Below are positions 1-13,000 of a stretch of DNA of 64,000 bases, piece by piece. Source of the DNA: Octopus bimaculoides (lineage: Eukaryota); NCBI RefSeq assembly GCF_001194135.2, contig NC_068998.1, forward strand, positions 54,918,534 through 54,982,533, written 5' to 3'. Position 1 is the stretch's first letter. The number at the start of each line of letters is the position of its first letter. The notes below the pieces were generated by a model. The model worked only from the letters and a program-made list of their open reading frames with translations. It made no database searches and had not been told where the DNA came from. A program made the position numbers and the translations under genes.

Positions 1-1806
1 CTAAATTTGTAGCTTGTGGTTCAGCTCTTTCTTGTAAGTTGTTTAGCTCAAGACCCTGCCAACAGAAATGGATTATGCTGTTCACTTAATTAGTTATTAA
101 TAACTAATTGTCATTAATAAGTAATTAAATACTTTTTGTGTAGCTAAACAAAATAAATAGTTATTATGGAAGGGATCTTGTTATTAAATGTCTAAAATTC
201 CAAATTTCTCTAAGCCATACAAGTTTGAAAAGTAAACGCTTTGTGAATAATAATGAAAAGAATAAAATCTTTTATTTGCCTTTGATTATTAAAACTTTAT
301 CTCCCTCTATAAATATCATGGTAAAGTGAGAGAATGGGTTGAAATTTTAATTTCAAGCCCATCCAGCATTGTTGTTTTTGCTATATTCTGCTGGTTTAAC
401 AAGAAATAGCTATTTTGTGGCTATGTGACTAAATGTATATCAATTATTTCAGAACTGTTAATTTAAGCAATTATCTAACACTCTCATCTGCCATCCGGAC
501 TGACTCGCTCAGTCGAGCCACTCTGGTTCATCTGCTGACTGACTGAACTTTCTTAATCATCATAATGTAACAATTCAGCGACAGCTGCAGTTAGAATGTC
601 CTGACTTAATGAAATCATTCCTTCATCTTTATTGATGAGATATGAACCAGGTGCAAACGTTATTATGTCCCTAACCAGTAACTCTATATGTACGCTTTTC
701 ACTTTTGAAGAATACAGGTACAGCATTTATGCATTTCCCCCACCCCCACCCCCACCCACTTTCATCTTTGTCCTCTCGTTTTACTGGCAGAGATGCATTA
801 TGAATATTACATTGCTCTACTGAGATGAACAGCTATTCTAAAATGGTGACGGTTCTGAGTCTGGATGAAAATTTCTCTTGTGTACAACAGATCTTCAAAA
901 TATTGAGAAGTTGAGATGCATGGAAGAATACTGCATTGTTGGTTTTGCCAAAAATCTACCCCAAAGGATTTTGTCTGACCTATGCAAGCATTGGAAAAGT
1001 AGATGCTAAAGCCATGATCATGATGATGTTGCTTGGATAGTGACATTCCACCCATGTCGGCATAGACAAATTGGAAACGAATGTATAGACTTTTGTTACC
1101 ATTTGACCTCAATATGTCCCTTCTAAGTCTGAACCCTGCCAATCTTGATTTTTGCCTCTTGTTCCCCAACTCCCATACCTGGGCCTGTATTGAAAAAATA
1201 AGTATCACTAGTCAACTACTTGACTCGATTGAATTAACCGTTTACTCTTTCAACATTGGCACCATTCTGCCTAAGTGGCAATAATTAAACCAAGCATTTG
1301 TTTTGCACTTTTTCTAGGTTAAATTAAGTGAAATTTAACTACTTGTTTTAGCCTGTTTAATACAATTGTTGTCTATTCCATATTAGCTTGTAATGGTGGT
1401 GTAAAATAATATTAGTTTTGAAACGCTCTTCCCTCAACACTTGTTATCTGACCCATTAATTTCAACTTCATCTTGCTTTAATAGTTGATTCTTTGTGCTA
1501 GTTTTAAGGCTTAATTTTTATTTACTTACGACAAATTATGCCTGAAATGTTTACTTAATTGCCTATTCCCATTGTGCTAAACAGTTTAAATGAAGATGCT
1601 TTAGTGCATAAGCAACGATGCTGAGAAATTCAGGCCACAAAATGTATTAAAATCACTGATGTCTGAATGCTTATTAATAATTATAAATAACCAGGGTTGT
1701 TTTTAAAAAGGTTTTGAATTGTAAATTTGTAATAGAATTTTTATGTTGACACTGCTTAGAAGTAAATATGTACTTCTAACTGTGCGTGTGCATGTGTGTG
1801 TGTATA

Positions 1807-2690
1807 CAGGGTATGATGGGTGAATTGTTGCCATTTTAGATTTTTTATTTTGTGCATTGTTTGCTTTTGATTTTGTCGACTACATAGTATAGTAGGGCCA
1901 GTTGGGCACCGTCTGTGAGAAAAACAGCACCATGACACAATTCACTTTGCCAGAAACTTGGAAATAACATGCTGTACTGCTTGGCATTCGTACTGGAAGC
2001 TCCAACATGAACATTTCAGAGTGTTTGGGTGTCAATCTGAGGACAGTGTAATCTGAGGACATGTACCAAGAGTGATAAAGATCAACATCCACTCAACATA
2101 ATGTGGTGTTAGGAGTGATCGCGAGTGATGGCAATGCTATGCCTCCATTCATTTTCCCACACAGCTTCAGACTCATTATGGAGGCCTACATCAAGTGCCT
2201 GGAGGAGGTAGTGCTGCCCTGGGTCAAGAGGGTGGCTGCTGGAAGACCCTGTATCTCGCAACAGGACTCTGCACCATGCCACACAAGCAGGAGAAGCCAG
2301 TCATGGCTGTCAGACAATTTCTGCGATCACATCACCGCTAACATCTGGCCACATAACTCCCCCGACTGCAACCACCATGATTACTATGTGTGGGCTACAG
2401 TTGAATGAGAAACCAACAGAACACCTTGTAACCCCAAAGATGAACTGAAGGCAAAGATTATGGCAGCAAACACCAACTTAAACAGGGAGACCGTCCAGAA
2501 GAGTTGCAGGAAATTCCAAAGTCGTCTGGAGGCCAAAGTTGAAGCCAATGGCGATTTTATTGAATAAATTTACTCTTTAGTATTTCAAGATATTTTTATG
2601 TAATTTTGGTAAACATATCTGTTAAAATGAGATTTCAGTGTTATTTTCATTTTTGTGTAATTTAGACAATAATTTATTCACCGCACCCTG
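1807..2690 (+). mobile_element. Internally deleted Tc1/mariner-superfamily transposon, DD37D (maT/mori) type
   Basis: TA-flanked, with 26-bp TIRs (cagggtatgatgggtgaattgttgcc and the reverse complement of gacaataatttattcaccgcaccctg; 18/26 identical, all mismatches transitions). Transposase remnant QQDSAPCH...WPHNSPDCNHHDYYVW has 37 residues between the 2nd and 3rd Asp. HTH remnant from 1932; internal stop codons. Confidence 0.9.
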
Positions 2691-2700
2691 TATATATATA

Positions 2701-2745
<45 letters not shown>

Positions 2746-3233
2746 NNNNNNNNNNNNNNNNNNNNNNNNNNNNNNNNNNNNNNNNNNNNNNNNNNNNNNN
2801 NNNNNNNNNNNNNNNNNNNNNNNNNNNNNNNNNNNNNNNNNNNNNNNNNNNNNNNNNNNNNNNNNNNNNNNNNNNNNNNNNNNNNNNNNNNNNNNNNNNN
2901 NNNNNNNNNNNNNNNNNNNNNNNNNNNNNNNNNNNNNNNNNNNNNNNNNNNNNNNNNNNNNNNNNNNNNNNNNNNNNNNNNNNNNNNNNNNNNNNNNNNN
3001 NNNNNNNNNNNNNNNNNNNNNNNNNNNNNNNNNNNNNNNNNNNNNNNNNNNNNNNNNNNNNNNNNNNNNNNNNNNNNNNNNNNNNNNNNNNNNNNNNNNN
3101 NNNNNNNNNNNNNNNNNNNNNNNNNNNNNNNNNNNNNNNNNNNNNNNNNNNNNNNNNNNNNNNNNNNNNNNNNNNNNNNNNNNTCTCTCTCTCTCTTACA
3201 CTCTCTCTCTTTTTAACTTGCTCTATATGTTTT

Positions 3234-3273
<40 letters not shown>

Positions 3274-6267
3274 ATATATAACTTGGTACTGTTGCGTTAA
3301 ATGTATTCGGGTAATTTCCTAAAAATTCTTTTTTGAAGACAAGCATTTTTGAATTGTTACTCAAAGCTGTTTTATTCATTTTTGTTGTTTTTAAGTTTCA
3401 ATTTGTGTTTGTGGAGATTATATCTGCTCTTTTTGTTTTAAGCATTTAGTATGACTGTACACAACAGCTATCCAGTTTCATTATGTTCTTCATTATTTCA
3501 TTCCAAATTTCTCTTTGTCTTTTTTTTTTTGTTTTTGTCTTGATGTACTTTTTAGTTTCTTTATGAGAATATTACAATGGTGTTTGTATGGCAACCAGTG
3601 AGAATTTAATTCAATCATTCAAGTGTATGCTTCACTTAGTTCTGTAACAACATGCTCGAAATATTGAAGTAACTACTGCTCAATGAATGTTTACCTCTGC
3701 TTCTTTTATTCAAAAAACTTTTAGACATACAAGGAACACCGTTTATGGTTACTGTCTCATCCTTAACAAAACCACCTCTGGATGACTACCTACAAATGTT
3801 GAGACGTAATAACAACATCACCACCATTTCAAGACATGCTATGGCACTGTTTTAGAAATATTATCAGTTGTGGTAACTGAAAATTTGGGGTTTTATTTCT
3901 AGGTTTCACTACAATATAAAATGATCCTTAGTATTTGACTTGGTTGAAGTGAAAGAATGTAAATACCTTAATGTATTTATTTTTATCCAGTCTTCTGAGT
4001 TTAAAAAAACCATTGAGTTCGGTTTTTTTTTTTTTTTTTTTTTTTTTTTGTCCTTCAATCTTTCAGCAACAATAAAACAAGGCCTGATAGTATACTGGGT
4101 TAAAATTCAGTCAACTAATTGTCTTCAAAAAGTAGTCTTTTTGTATCAAAAGAAATTTGTTACACTATCCTCACTAACAATCACTTAATGTTAGAATTTA
4201 TCTGTTATGAAGTGTTATCTCAGCTAAACAGCTCACCACCAGTTCACTAACTTACTGAAATTAGTGTTAAAGATAATGAGATCATTTATCTTAGTGAATT
4301 ATTTGTTTCTGATTCCCTGCTGTGAAAAACATATCCAGCCATTCAATTCTTTGTTGTTCAGTGATGCTTTCCACTATATTTTGGTCGGCATCTAATTTAG
4401 ATAGCCTGTAATCTAGAACTGTAGACTTTCTTGAGCTTCTTAATAAGGAACATCAATTCAATAATTGAAATAACTGTCCAATAACAGAATTTTTCCACTG
4501 TATTTTAATTATTGGTAACCAGGTTGTGGAATGGATAATTCTTTAAAGAAATGCTTCTTTAAAATGTGTTAACTTCAGAGAAAAGATGGAAATATTCTGT
4601 TAGAAAATAAATGTAAGATCAAATTAAATTCTTATGAAAGAACAAGTAGTATTTAGGAATGGATTCATAGATAAAAATGAAAAATTATTAAAAAGATTTA
4701 TGCTTGTCTGACTAGCTGAGAAATACAAAGAAGTTATGTTCTGTGAATTATTCACAGCTGAAATAGGAAATGAAATATTAGCAACGAAGATGAAAAAAAG
4801 TCTCTTTTATAACGATTGTGGTTCCTGTATAGCATAAAGCTATTTTCAGAATGCAATATGATCATTTCTAAATAGAGGAACTATTTCTAGTCATGTATTA
4901 GTAGAAATTATTTTATAAATGAATGGTTTGATTTATCGAGAACTTTTAAAACTGATATGCCAGTCAGGTAAGCCACTGCCCAAATTTTGCAGTATCTCTG
5001 AAGATCCTAAGTTCAAATTTTACTCCAGACATTATAACAGTAAATATCTTTAGTAAATCTTTAGCCATTATCTCTGACGCTATAAACAAAACTGTCATCA
5101 TTGACCTAGAAATGAGGACAACAACTTTCTCAGTTGACCAAAGGTGACACAGTTAGAACCTGAATGAACTAATTGTTCGTTTTAATAATTATATAAAACC
5201 GTGTTTTATGAACTGAAAGTAATAAGCGTCTTGGCAGTGGTTACAATAGTGGTTATTATACTTGCTGTCATTTATGTACAGACTTTGCACACATACACAG
5301 TCATTAATTTAATGATAATTAAAGGAAACCATACAAATAGCTGTTCAAAAATCTATCAAAAAATCGATTCAACTATAAAAGATATAAAATTAAAATTTCC
5401 TGTTTTAATTTAAATTTCAATGGAAATAACATTAAAATATAGACAAAAATATGACAAAACAAGAATTAAATGTGAAAAGAAAGACTGAGAAGAAACGGGG
5501 TGAAGAGAGAAACAGTTTGTTTGTGTCGAACTTTAATTATTGTTTTATTTCAGAAAATGTGAATTGGTTAATTAGATTCCGATCTGCTGCTTTGCACCTT
5601 CATGCTCCAGAATCATCATCATCATCATCATCGTCGTCGTCGTTTAACATCCGTCTCTCTGGAGGCACAATTATCAAGTTCACATTATTTAGTCTACATG
5701 TGTTACGTAACTCCTCAATCACCTGGCAGCCCTTTCTTTATCTAACCTGAATGCCTATTATTTTCATAGGTTAATCTGATGAGATAGATCAGGGCCCATT
5801 ACATTTTCGGGCTTTCTTCTATAATATGGCAGATTGAATAAGGTTAACACGATAGAAGCCTTAGTTTCAATTTCTGAAGATCAATGGAAAAGGAGAAAAT
5901 GTAGACAGAATAGAAGTTGGAACCAAATGAAGTAGACAGCTTGCATGATGGGAGGAATTGAGGAGAATGCATTTAGTGGATTTATGAAGGGGTAATAAAA
6001 AAGAAAAAAAAATCAGAACAACATATTGTGGTGGTACTAGTCAGGGAAAATATATGGTTAGTTGGCCAACAGGTATAGTATAGACTTGAAGGATTAGCAA
6101 TTTTGTAGGATACAACATAAGCAGGTCATGCAATGATGAGGCCATTGTAATTATTGTTGATGTAGTCTGCAAAAGGGTCTCATAAAAGCAACTCTTGTCA
6201 TCTGCCAGTCCTAACTCTGTGTGTGTGTATATATATTGTATATACAAAATTATTTAATAACTGCTTT

Positions 6268-6440
6268 CAATGCTGACATGGGTTGGAGAGTTTGACGGGA
6301 TCTGGCAAGCCAGAGGATTGCGTCAAGTCCTACTGTCTACTTTGGTATAGTTTCTATGGCTTGTTGCCCTTCCTAACACCAACTACTCTGCAGAGTGTAC
6401 AGGGTGCTTTTTGTATGGCACGAGTGGGGGTCACCAAGTA
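6268..6440 (-). mobile_element. SINE-like retroposon, family C
   Basis: Reverse complement contains aaaagcaccctgtacactctgcagagtagttggtgttaggaaggg, matching the 16628 copy. Confidence 0.7.
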
Positions 6441-6549
6441 ACTAAGGTTGGGGAGTGGTATTGATAGAGGTGGATTTGTGCCAAGAGATGAGAGGTTGGA
6501 GGCAGAAACAGGTTTCTTTTATTGGACGAGATATATGGCTAACCCAGCT

Positions 6550-6587
<38 letters not shown>

Positions 6588-7118
6588 TTAAAAAGATGCA
6601 TTGGGGCATACTTGCAAGTTAGAGGGAGGTGTATATAAAGAGGTGGGGGTTGGATAGGGTGAGTGGGAAGAGTGAAGGAGGAGAGGGGGTGTTGGAAAGA
6701 TGAGTTGTTGAGAGATTCATTGGGAACAGAATGTATGCAGGGGCATTGATATAAATGATGTTTGCTAATTAATTGGTTGGTGAATATATAGTGTAATGGT
6801 AAACAAATGAAGGACTGAAGCTGTGATGGTGCTACATATCTTTATTAAATGATTATGATTGCTTCAGTAGTTTGTGAAACCATTTCATCAATTTAAATGA
6901 TAGTTTATGCATATCCCTGAATTAAGGGCAGTGACATTTATTGACATTTCCTTATAAACAAATCATTTTTTAGCTTTGAACTTTCAAATGAAAGCTCCCT
7001 TTTGCCCAACTAATATGTATTCACCTAACCCATGCTAGTATAGAAAAACAGACGTAATGAATGAGTTGTAACATTCTAAATTAATCATTATTGAATAATA
7101 TAATTTTTTTTTTTTCAG

Positions 7119-7302
7119 ACTTTGAATATATTCCAGAATATTTAACTTGGACATAATTATGTGACCCTAACTCTAATCACCGTTGGATTGTAACTACTCT
7201 ATTCGGATATTACCTGTATATGATCCAGCCTTTGCTAGAGGAATGGCTATCCTTACTACTTGTGAAATTTAAAGTCAGATGTGCCTGGATTATCTAAAAA
7301 CA
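7119..7302 (+). other. 5' UTR portion of the first coding exon of prune
   Basis: Strong acceptor (T)12-CAG ending at 7118, and an in-frame TAA at 7270-7272 upstream of the start. This implies a further non-coding exon upstream; one candidate donor is CAG|GTAAGC at 4967/4968. Confidence 0.6.
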
Positions 7303-7338
7303 ATGGAAAGTTACCTTGTACAAGCTCAAGAGGATTTG
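7303..7338 (+). CDS. PRUNE1: prune coding exon 1 (MESYLVQAQEDL)
   Basis: ATG in context aaaaacaATGG, with donor TTG|GTGAGT (phase 0). Resembles the human N-terminus MEDYLQGCRAALQ. An alternative in-frame ATG at 7279 would add MCLDYLKT. Confidence 0.8.
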
Positions 7339-10024
7339 GTGAGTATTCTTTTGTCTTTTGATTTGGATATTTACAGAGGAAAGATTGATTGCCATAAAAG
7401 GAACTTTTACTTGTAAAATATCGCAAAGGAAAAAAAAAAAAAAAAGAAAACTCATTTTTTAAATAACTTATTCCGTTGCAAATTATAATCACAACCACTG
7501 ATGCTAAGGGTCTGAATCACGAGGTCATGAGTTCAAGTTCTGTTACAAGCATTATTTGATTCATAAGAAAATCACATTACTCTACTTGCCTCAGAATACC
7601 TGACTGATAAAACAGTTCCAGTTCCTTAATTAACAGTTTGTTAGTGATAGGAAGAGTATACAACTGTTAAACCAATTATTCAACAAATATGCAAATGTTC
7701 ATTTTACAACAACCATCACACCCACATATGTTCCATTCCTAATTTCAGTGAAATTACCAAGAATAAAATCCAAAATTTTCAAGTGTCTTAAAGCCAATAC
7801 CCTGAAAGGTTTGCCAAGAGAAATGATTTCATTTTCAAATTCTAATACTGTTCATACATTAGCAATCTTTTGGCACAATCTAACATTTTTCTTAGATTAT
7901 ATTAGAAGATAGAGAAGTATTTTAATTTTCTATTTTTAAATTCCCTTTTTGATGCAGTCACTGTGTTCATGTCTTTTGCCAAATTCATATTTCTTCTACA
8001 AAAATGGCAAGGAATTAGTTGAATGTCCATATTGTGTAGTGATGATGGGTAAATCAGTCAACTTTATTGGTGTTAACTCTTTCATTACCTACTTTGCCAC
8101 TTCTTTTGTTTCCCATCTCTACTTTGTTTCTACCAGTTTTGACTATAGGCACAGGTGTCGCTGTGTGGTAAGAAGCTTGTTTCCTAACCACATAGTTCTA
8201 GGTTCAGTCTCACTGTGTGGCACCTTGAGCAAGTGTCTTCTACTATACAGCCTTGGGCCTACCAAAGCCTTGAGAGTGGATTTAGTATGTGGAAACTGAA
8301 AGAAACCTGTCGTGTGTGTGTTTCTGTATTTACCTCGCCCCCCCCCCCTGCTTGACAACCAGTGTTGGTTTGTTTATGTCCCCCATAACTTAGCAGTTTG
8401 GCAAAAGAGACCAATAGAATAAGTACCAGTCTCGGATTTGTAACCATTGAAGAATATTTTTTTTCAAAATGATTTTTATACTTTGAGACAATATTTCCCT
8501 AATTTCCCTCGACAGTAGTGTATCAATGGTAATGACCAAGAATTTAATATCCAAGGGAAACGGAACACGAAATGTATTGATATGTCCTCCTGTTGATGTA
8601 TCTCATGGTTTCTTTGGAAGTGAGCCATTCATTGACAAAATGTCAGCATTTCCATTATTTCTCCTGGGTCGCATGATGGAAATGAGATTATACTAAAGAA
8701 CAGAAGAAGGCTAATGGCTTCTGCATTATCATTGTTAATAGAGAATACCTATATAGATGTACTATATAGAATACCTATAAATGTACCTCACTTTCTTATT
8801 CAAGTTGAAGATCTCGAGTATTATTCTCTGAAACCTGACTGGCACCTCTTACTGCCTCAAGAATATTGCACTGGTACAGTCCTTATGTGCCTAACCTCTC
8901 ACCTCATCACGTTTTTGCAATCATTAACCAGTCTCCCCTGGATGACACTACACTGTTCACAGTTGTTACTTGCTTTATTTCAATTCGACATCATATATGT
9001 CTGGTGGTTTAAACTTTTACTCTGACCTTGCTATTCCATATCTCGTCTCTTGTTAATTGATTTAAAAGTATGATCCAAATCTTTGATTACAACTCTTTCA
9101 CATCGATTCATTGTTCATTCATATCACATATCTATATTCTTGTCTGTTCACTGTAAATTAGACTATATATGTTTATTTGTGTGTGTGTATTACACACACA
9201 CACAAACACACACAAACACAACACACATAATATTTACATAACTTTTTCAGTTTACTTAGCAGCCAAATTTTCATGGCACATCATACAAATGATGCTCAAT
9301 TTTCTCTCTCCATCATTTGCCAATAATTCACTTTCTTCCCTATATTTTCATACCATTCCACCTCTACTTAACCTTATTTATGTCTCTCTTTTTTTTTTTC
9401 TTTCTTCATATATGAAGAGAGAAAACCTTTTGTTGTCAATATAATTAGTACTTATCAAATCTTCCTTTAACTCTACTACTAAATATGTCATGTAAAATCC
9501 AGAAATGTGTAATTATCTACTTCTTCCATACTTTACTATTACTTGGTGTTTATTTATTTATTTTTTTAATTCTGAACTCGTTAAATGTGGCCTGATTCGC
9601 TCATTTGATCCATTCAGGACTTGAACCATGTCACCACCACTCACTTCCTCCTAAGCTTGTATAAGACAGAGTGTGCGATTCTGGCAACAAGCACTAAATC
9701 AATAGCTGCAGAGTAGAGTTGTCTCTTCTCTTCCAATTGTCTCACCAATCATATGATTGTGATTTCACAAGTCGCTGCAAGCCCAAACTGCATCTAATAT
9801 TATAACATGAAAAACACTCACTTCAAAATGGCTTTAGTAAATAGGATCCATTCAGATTTCTATATTGGATCTTGTTTTTAATTGTAGAAAGTTTCCTTTT
9901 CATTAACAATTATTTTTATCAATTTAGATGTAATGTGCAATGGGTTGGTAAATAGAAAAGATATAATATTACTTTTCAAGGAATGAAGTGACTGGTTACA
10001 CAATTCCATAGCCCTGAGTAAATG

Positions 10025-10095
<71 letters not shown>

Positions 10096-13000
10096 GGGCT
10101 CAAGCCTGTAAATTCAATTGTATTCTCAAGCTGAAGATTTGTCAATATTGGCAATGTAGAATCAATATAGTACAGGGTGGTTGGATTGGCAGTACTTTTG
10201 TTGATGTTGTTGGTGACATTTAAGACACAGTGGCAAAAATGGTAGTCTTGCTGACTGAATTATTGAAAGAGAGAGAGAGAGTTGGTCGAGAGAAGCAACT
10301 GGAATGCATGGCTGGAATTGAAGAGGAGAGATTTTAAGCCTTTCACTTACAGAACATTGTTGGTAATTTCTCTGAGTGAGTTCTAGGTTGTCAAACTGCT
10401 ATGTTGCACATGTCTTGGATATATTACTTGCTGATATCAAGTTTTGAACACTTGGTGTGTATATGGACTTTTACTATTTAGCCATCAAGGGGTCAGCAAT
10501 TAGTGATATGAAAGGGTTTACTTTTGATGACTGATATAGCTTATAACTGTTACTAAGGTTAAACAGAAAGGAAATTAAAGATTTCCAGATAATGGATTAA
10601 GTTATTTGCAGAGTAGACTTAAGTATTTGAACATGAAACCTGAAAGGTTATATTTCTGGAGAGACAATTACTTGAGAATTGGTTGGTAAAGAAAAGAGGA
10701 AAAAATGCATCTGGTTATCCAAAGAGTGCTGATCAGGATAGGATTTGGAGAATTGTAACTGTGGAGGAATGAGTCTTGATAACAGATAAACACGTCTGAA
10801 GGAGGTAGAAGCAGTGTCAGCTGTGATTTCTTTGACAAATTTCAGGTACAAATTATGTGTCAGTTTTGTCGCTAGTCCTTTTCTCTTCATTCTCCTATCA
10901 GCAAGTTTAGTGTTTCTTAGCAAAACAAATGCTTAGTGTGGATCACCATCATGTTGATTAAACGGTTCTCATTTTGGACTCCAAGAGGTTTTAAGCGTTA
11001 GTGCTTCACTCGTTTTATTCCATGGAATAGATGAGACAAATCTCTCCTTGGATAAAACACCCTCTATCAATGTAATATTCTTAGGTGGTTTGGTCTCCTT
11101 TCCAACATCCAGGTAAACTGAGGTAATGAGGGATTAAGTATTTAACACAATGAAACACCTGCAGTAATTTGAACCCAAAACCTATCAGCAGGTTGTGTAG
11201 CACCTTTTGCCTCCTTCTATGTTGCCACATTTCACCTTACTTTTGGGAAATAAGTGCAATCGGGAGATGTAACCTGCAATAGGTTACCATTCCAATCCAG
11301 AGGACAATTTCTCTCACATTCACTTAACATTATGAAAGCTGAGCTCTATGCATCAAAACATTCTCAGATTTAAGATACACTTACAGATTATGTCATACAA
11401 CTCTTTCATTCCAAATTCACGTTATTCAGAACATGTATACATCTCTTTAAATTTTACACCAAAAGATATACTTGTCCACTCTTTCTTCATAATGTATCAC
11501 ATTGTCTTTTAGTTTTCATTGTTTTCTCTTTTGTGCTACAATCTGTTCATTCAGAATCTATTCAGTGGGATTATATCAGCCATTTCATATATTATAATTC
11601 AATTATATTACAAATGAACTTAGCAATGTTGGAACTGTTTCTTACCTATAAGAAGAACCAGCGTCTGTTGGTTTTACTATAAAGTATGACAACTAAATAT
11701 TTAAGACCTTGGATTATATGGTATGGCCTTCAACATTACATCTGATATACTTTCTATAATCTATTTCGATGGAAAATAGGTATTAAACTAACTTCCCAGG
11801 TGTATGATCAAACACTTGATAAGGTAGCCTGCCAAAAGAACTGATATCAAATAAGAATTTATAAATTTAATTCTCACAAAACATTGAAGAAAAAAATGTA
11901 AAATAATTCTTGCCCCATCCATCTCCCTCTTTCTTTCTCACATTTTGTTCATATCCAACAAATTTATTCTGAAATATCAATTACTTCCCTGAATCAGTTT
12001 TAAGTAAACATTTGAATTAGTTACTTAAACTTACTGATACTGCTTCAGTCATTAAGTTGAGAAAAAAAAGTAAAACAAAGGATCCCAAGTGCAAGAAAAA
12101 GATTTGTAAGGAGTTCTACGAATTTTAAACAGTACATTTCAATTTTGTAGGGTTACGTTAATGTAAAATCTCTTTTGTAAAGAAATGATTTCAGTTCTAT
12201 GATTTTAGCCTTAATTTTCAATCGGCATTTATTTTCTTTTAGAAACATCGACAAAATGATGATTATTTATGAATATCCTTTAGAATCCATGCTTAACATC
12301 ATTTATATTTTTAGATTACTACATGTGAATATAGTTAGTTCCAGCCAATTTAATTTTTAAGCTATTACATGTCTCGTTTCATGAAATAATATCCTTAAGG
12401 TTTGACATGCTGAAGATTTCTAAAAATGAAATGGTGCCATACATGGTTATTATCACTGACTAGAAATTTTAAGAACTTTCTGTTAAATAAGCAACACATT
12501 GAATAAATGAAATAAAACGTGTATATTATGCATCTTTATTCCTTAATTTCAAATTCAAAATTTTAATCCTACAAATGTTATGAAAAAATGATTGCTTCCT
12601 TTGTATTAGCTCTCCACTAGGGGACTCGATGTATTAAACTTTAGTATAGCTGATAGTACCAGTATCTTATATACAAAGTATGAACAACTGGTTTGAGCAG
12701 ATTCATCTCCAAATGCTGCACTAACCCTGTCTGGGTGCATATTTTGAGTGACAAAATACATCTCTACAATCTGCACAGGATAATAGTATTTACTTCACTA
12801 ACTGCAAAGTTATAGACTTTACCTACCAATGTAAGATATTGACTCCATCTCTGACAGCTGTATGAGAGTTGCAAGAGAGAATTGATTCTGTTGTCAAGGA
12901 GATAGGTTTCGTCATCAGTACAACTAAAACTTGTCAAACATCAACAATTATGTGAACATATAAGCAAGAAAGTAGGCAGACTAAATATTTAGAGAATATC

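Noticed and set aside
2638-3379. Long track ORFs here and at 16111-16751, 23112-24047, 43023-43265 and 44954-45940
   Set aside because: They are open only because they span N-gaps and microsatellites.
3778-3830. LDDYLQMLRR, resembling the prune N-terminus
   Set aside because: No ATG and no good donor; the 7303 exon fits with a consensus donor and the correct phase.
8148-8225. tRNA-like A/B boxes at SINE heads
   Set aside because: No complete cloverleaf; they continue into a repeated SINE body, so they are not tRNA genes.
10130-11050. Possible ancient LINE remnants here and at 8570-9050, 12800-13040, 15300-15820 and 53240-53800
   Set aside because: Only faint motif resemblance by eye; not supportable without a repeat-library or HMM search.
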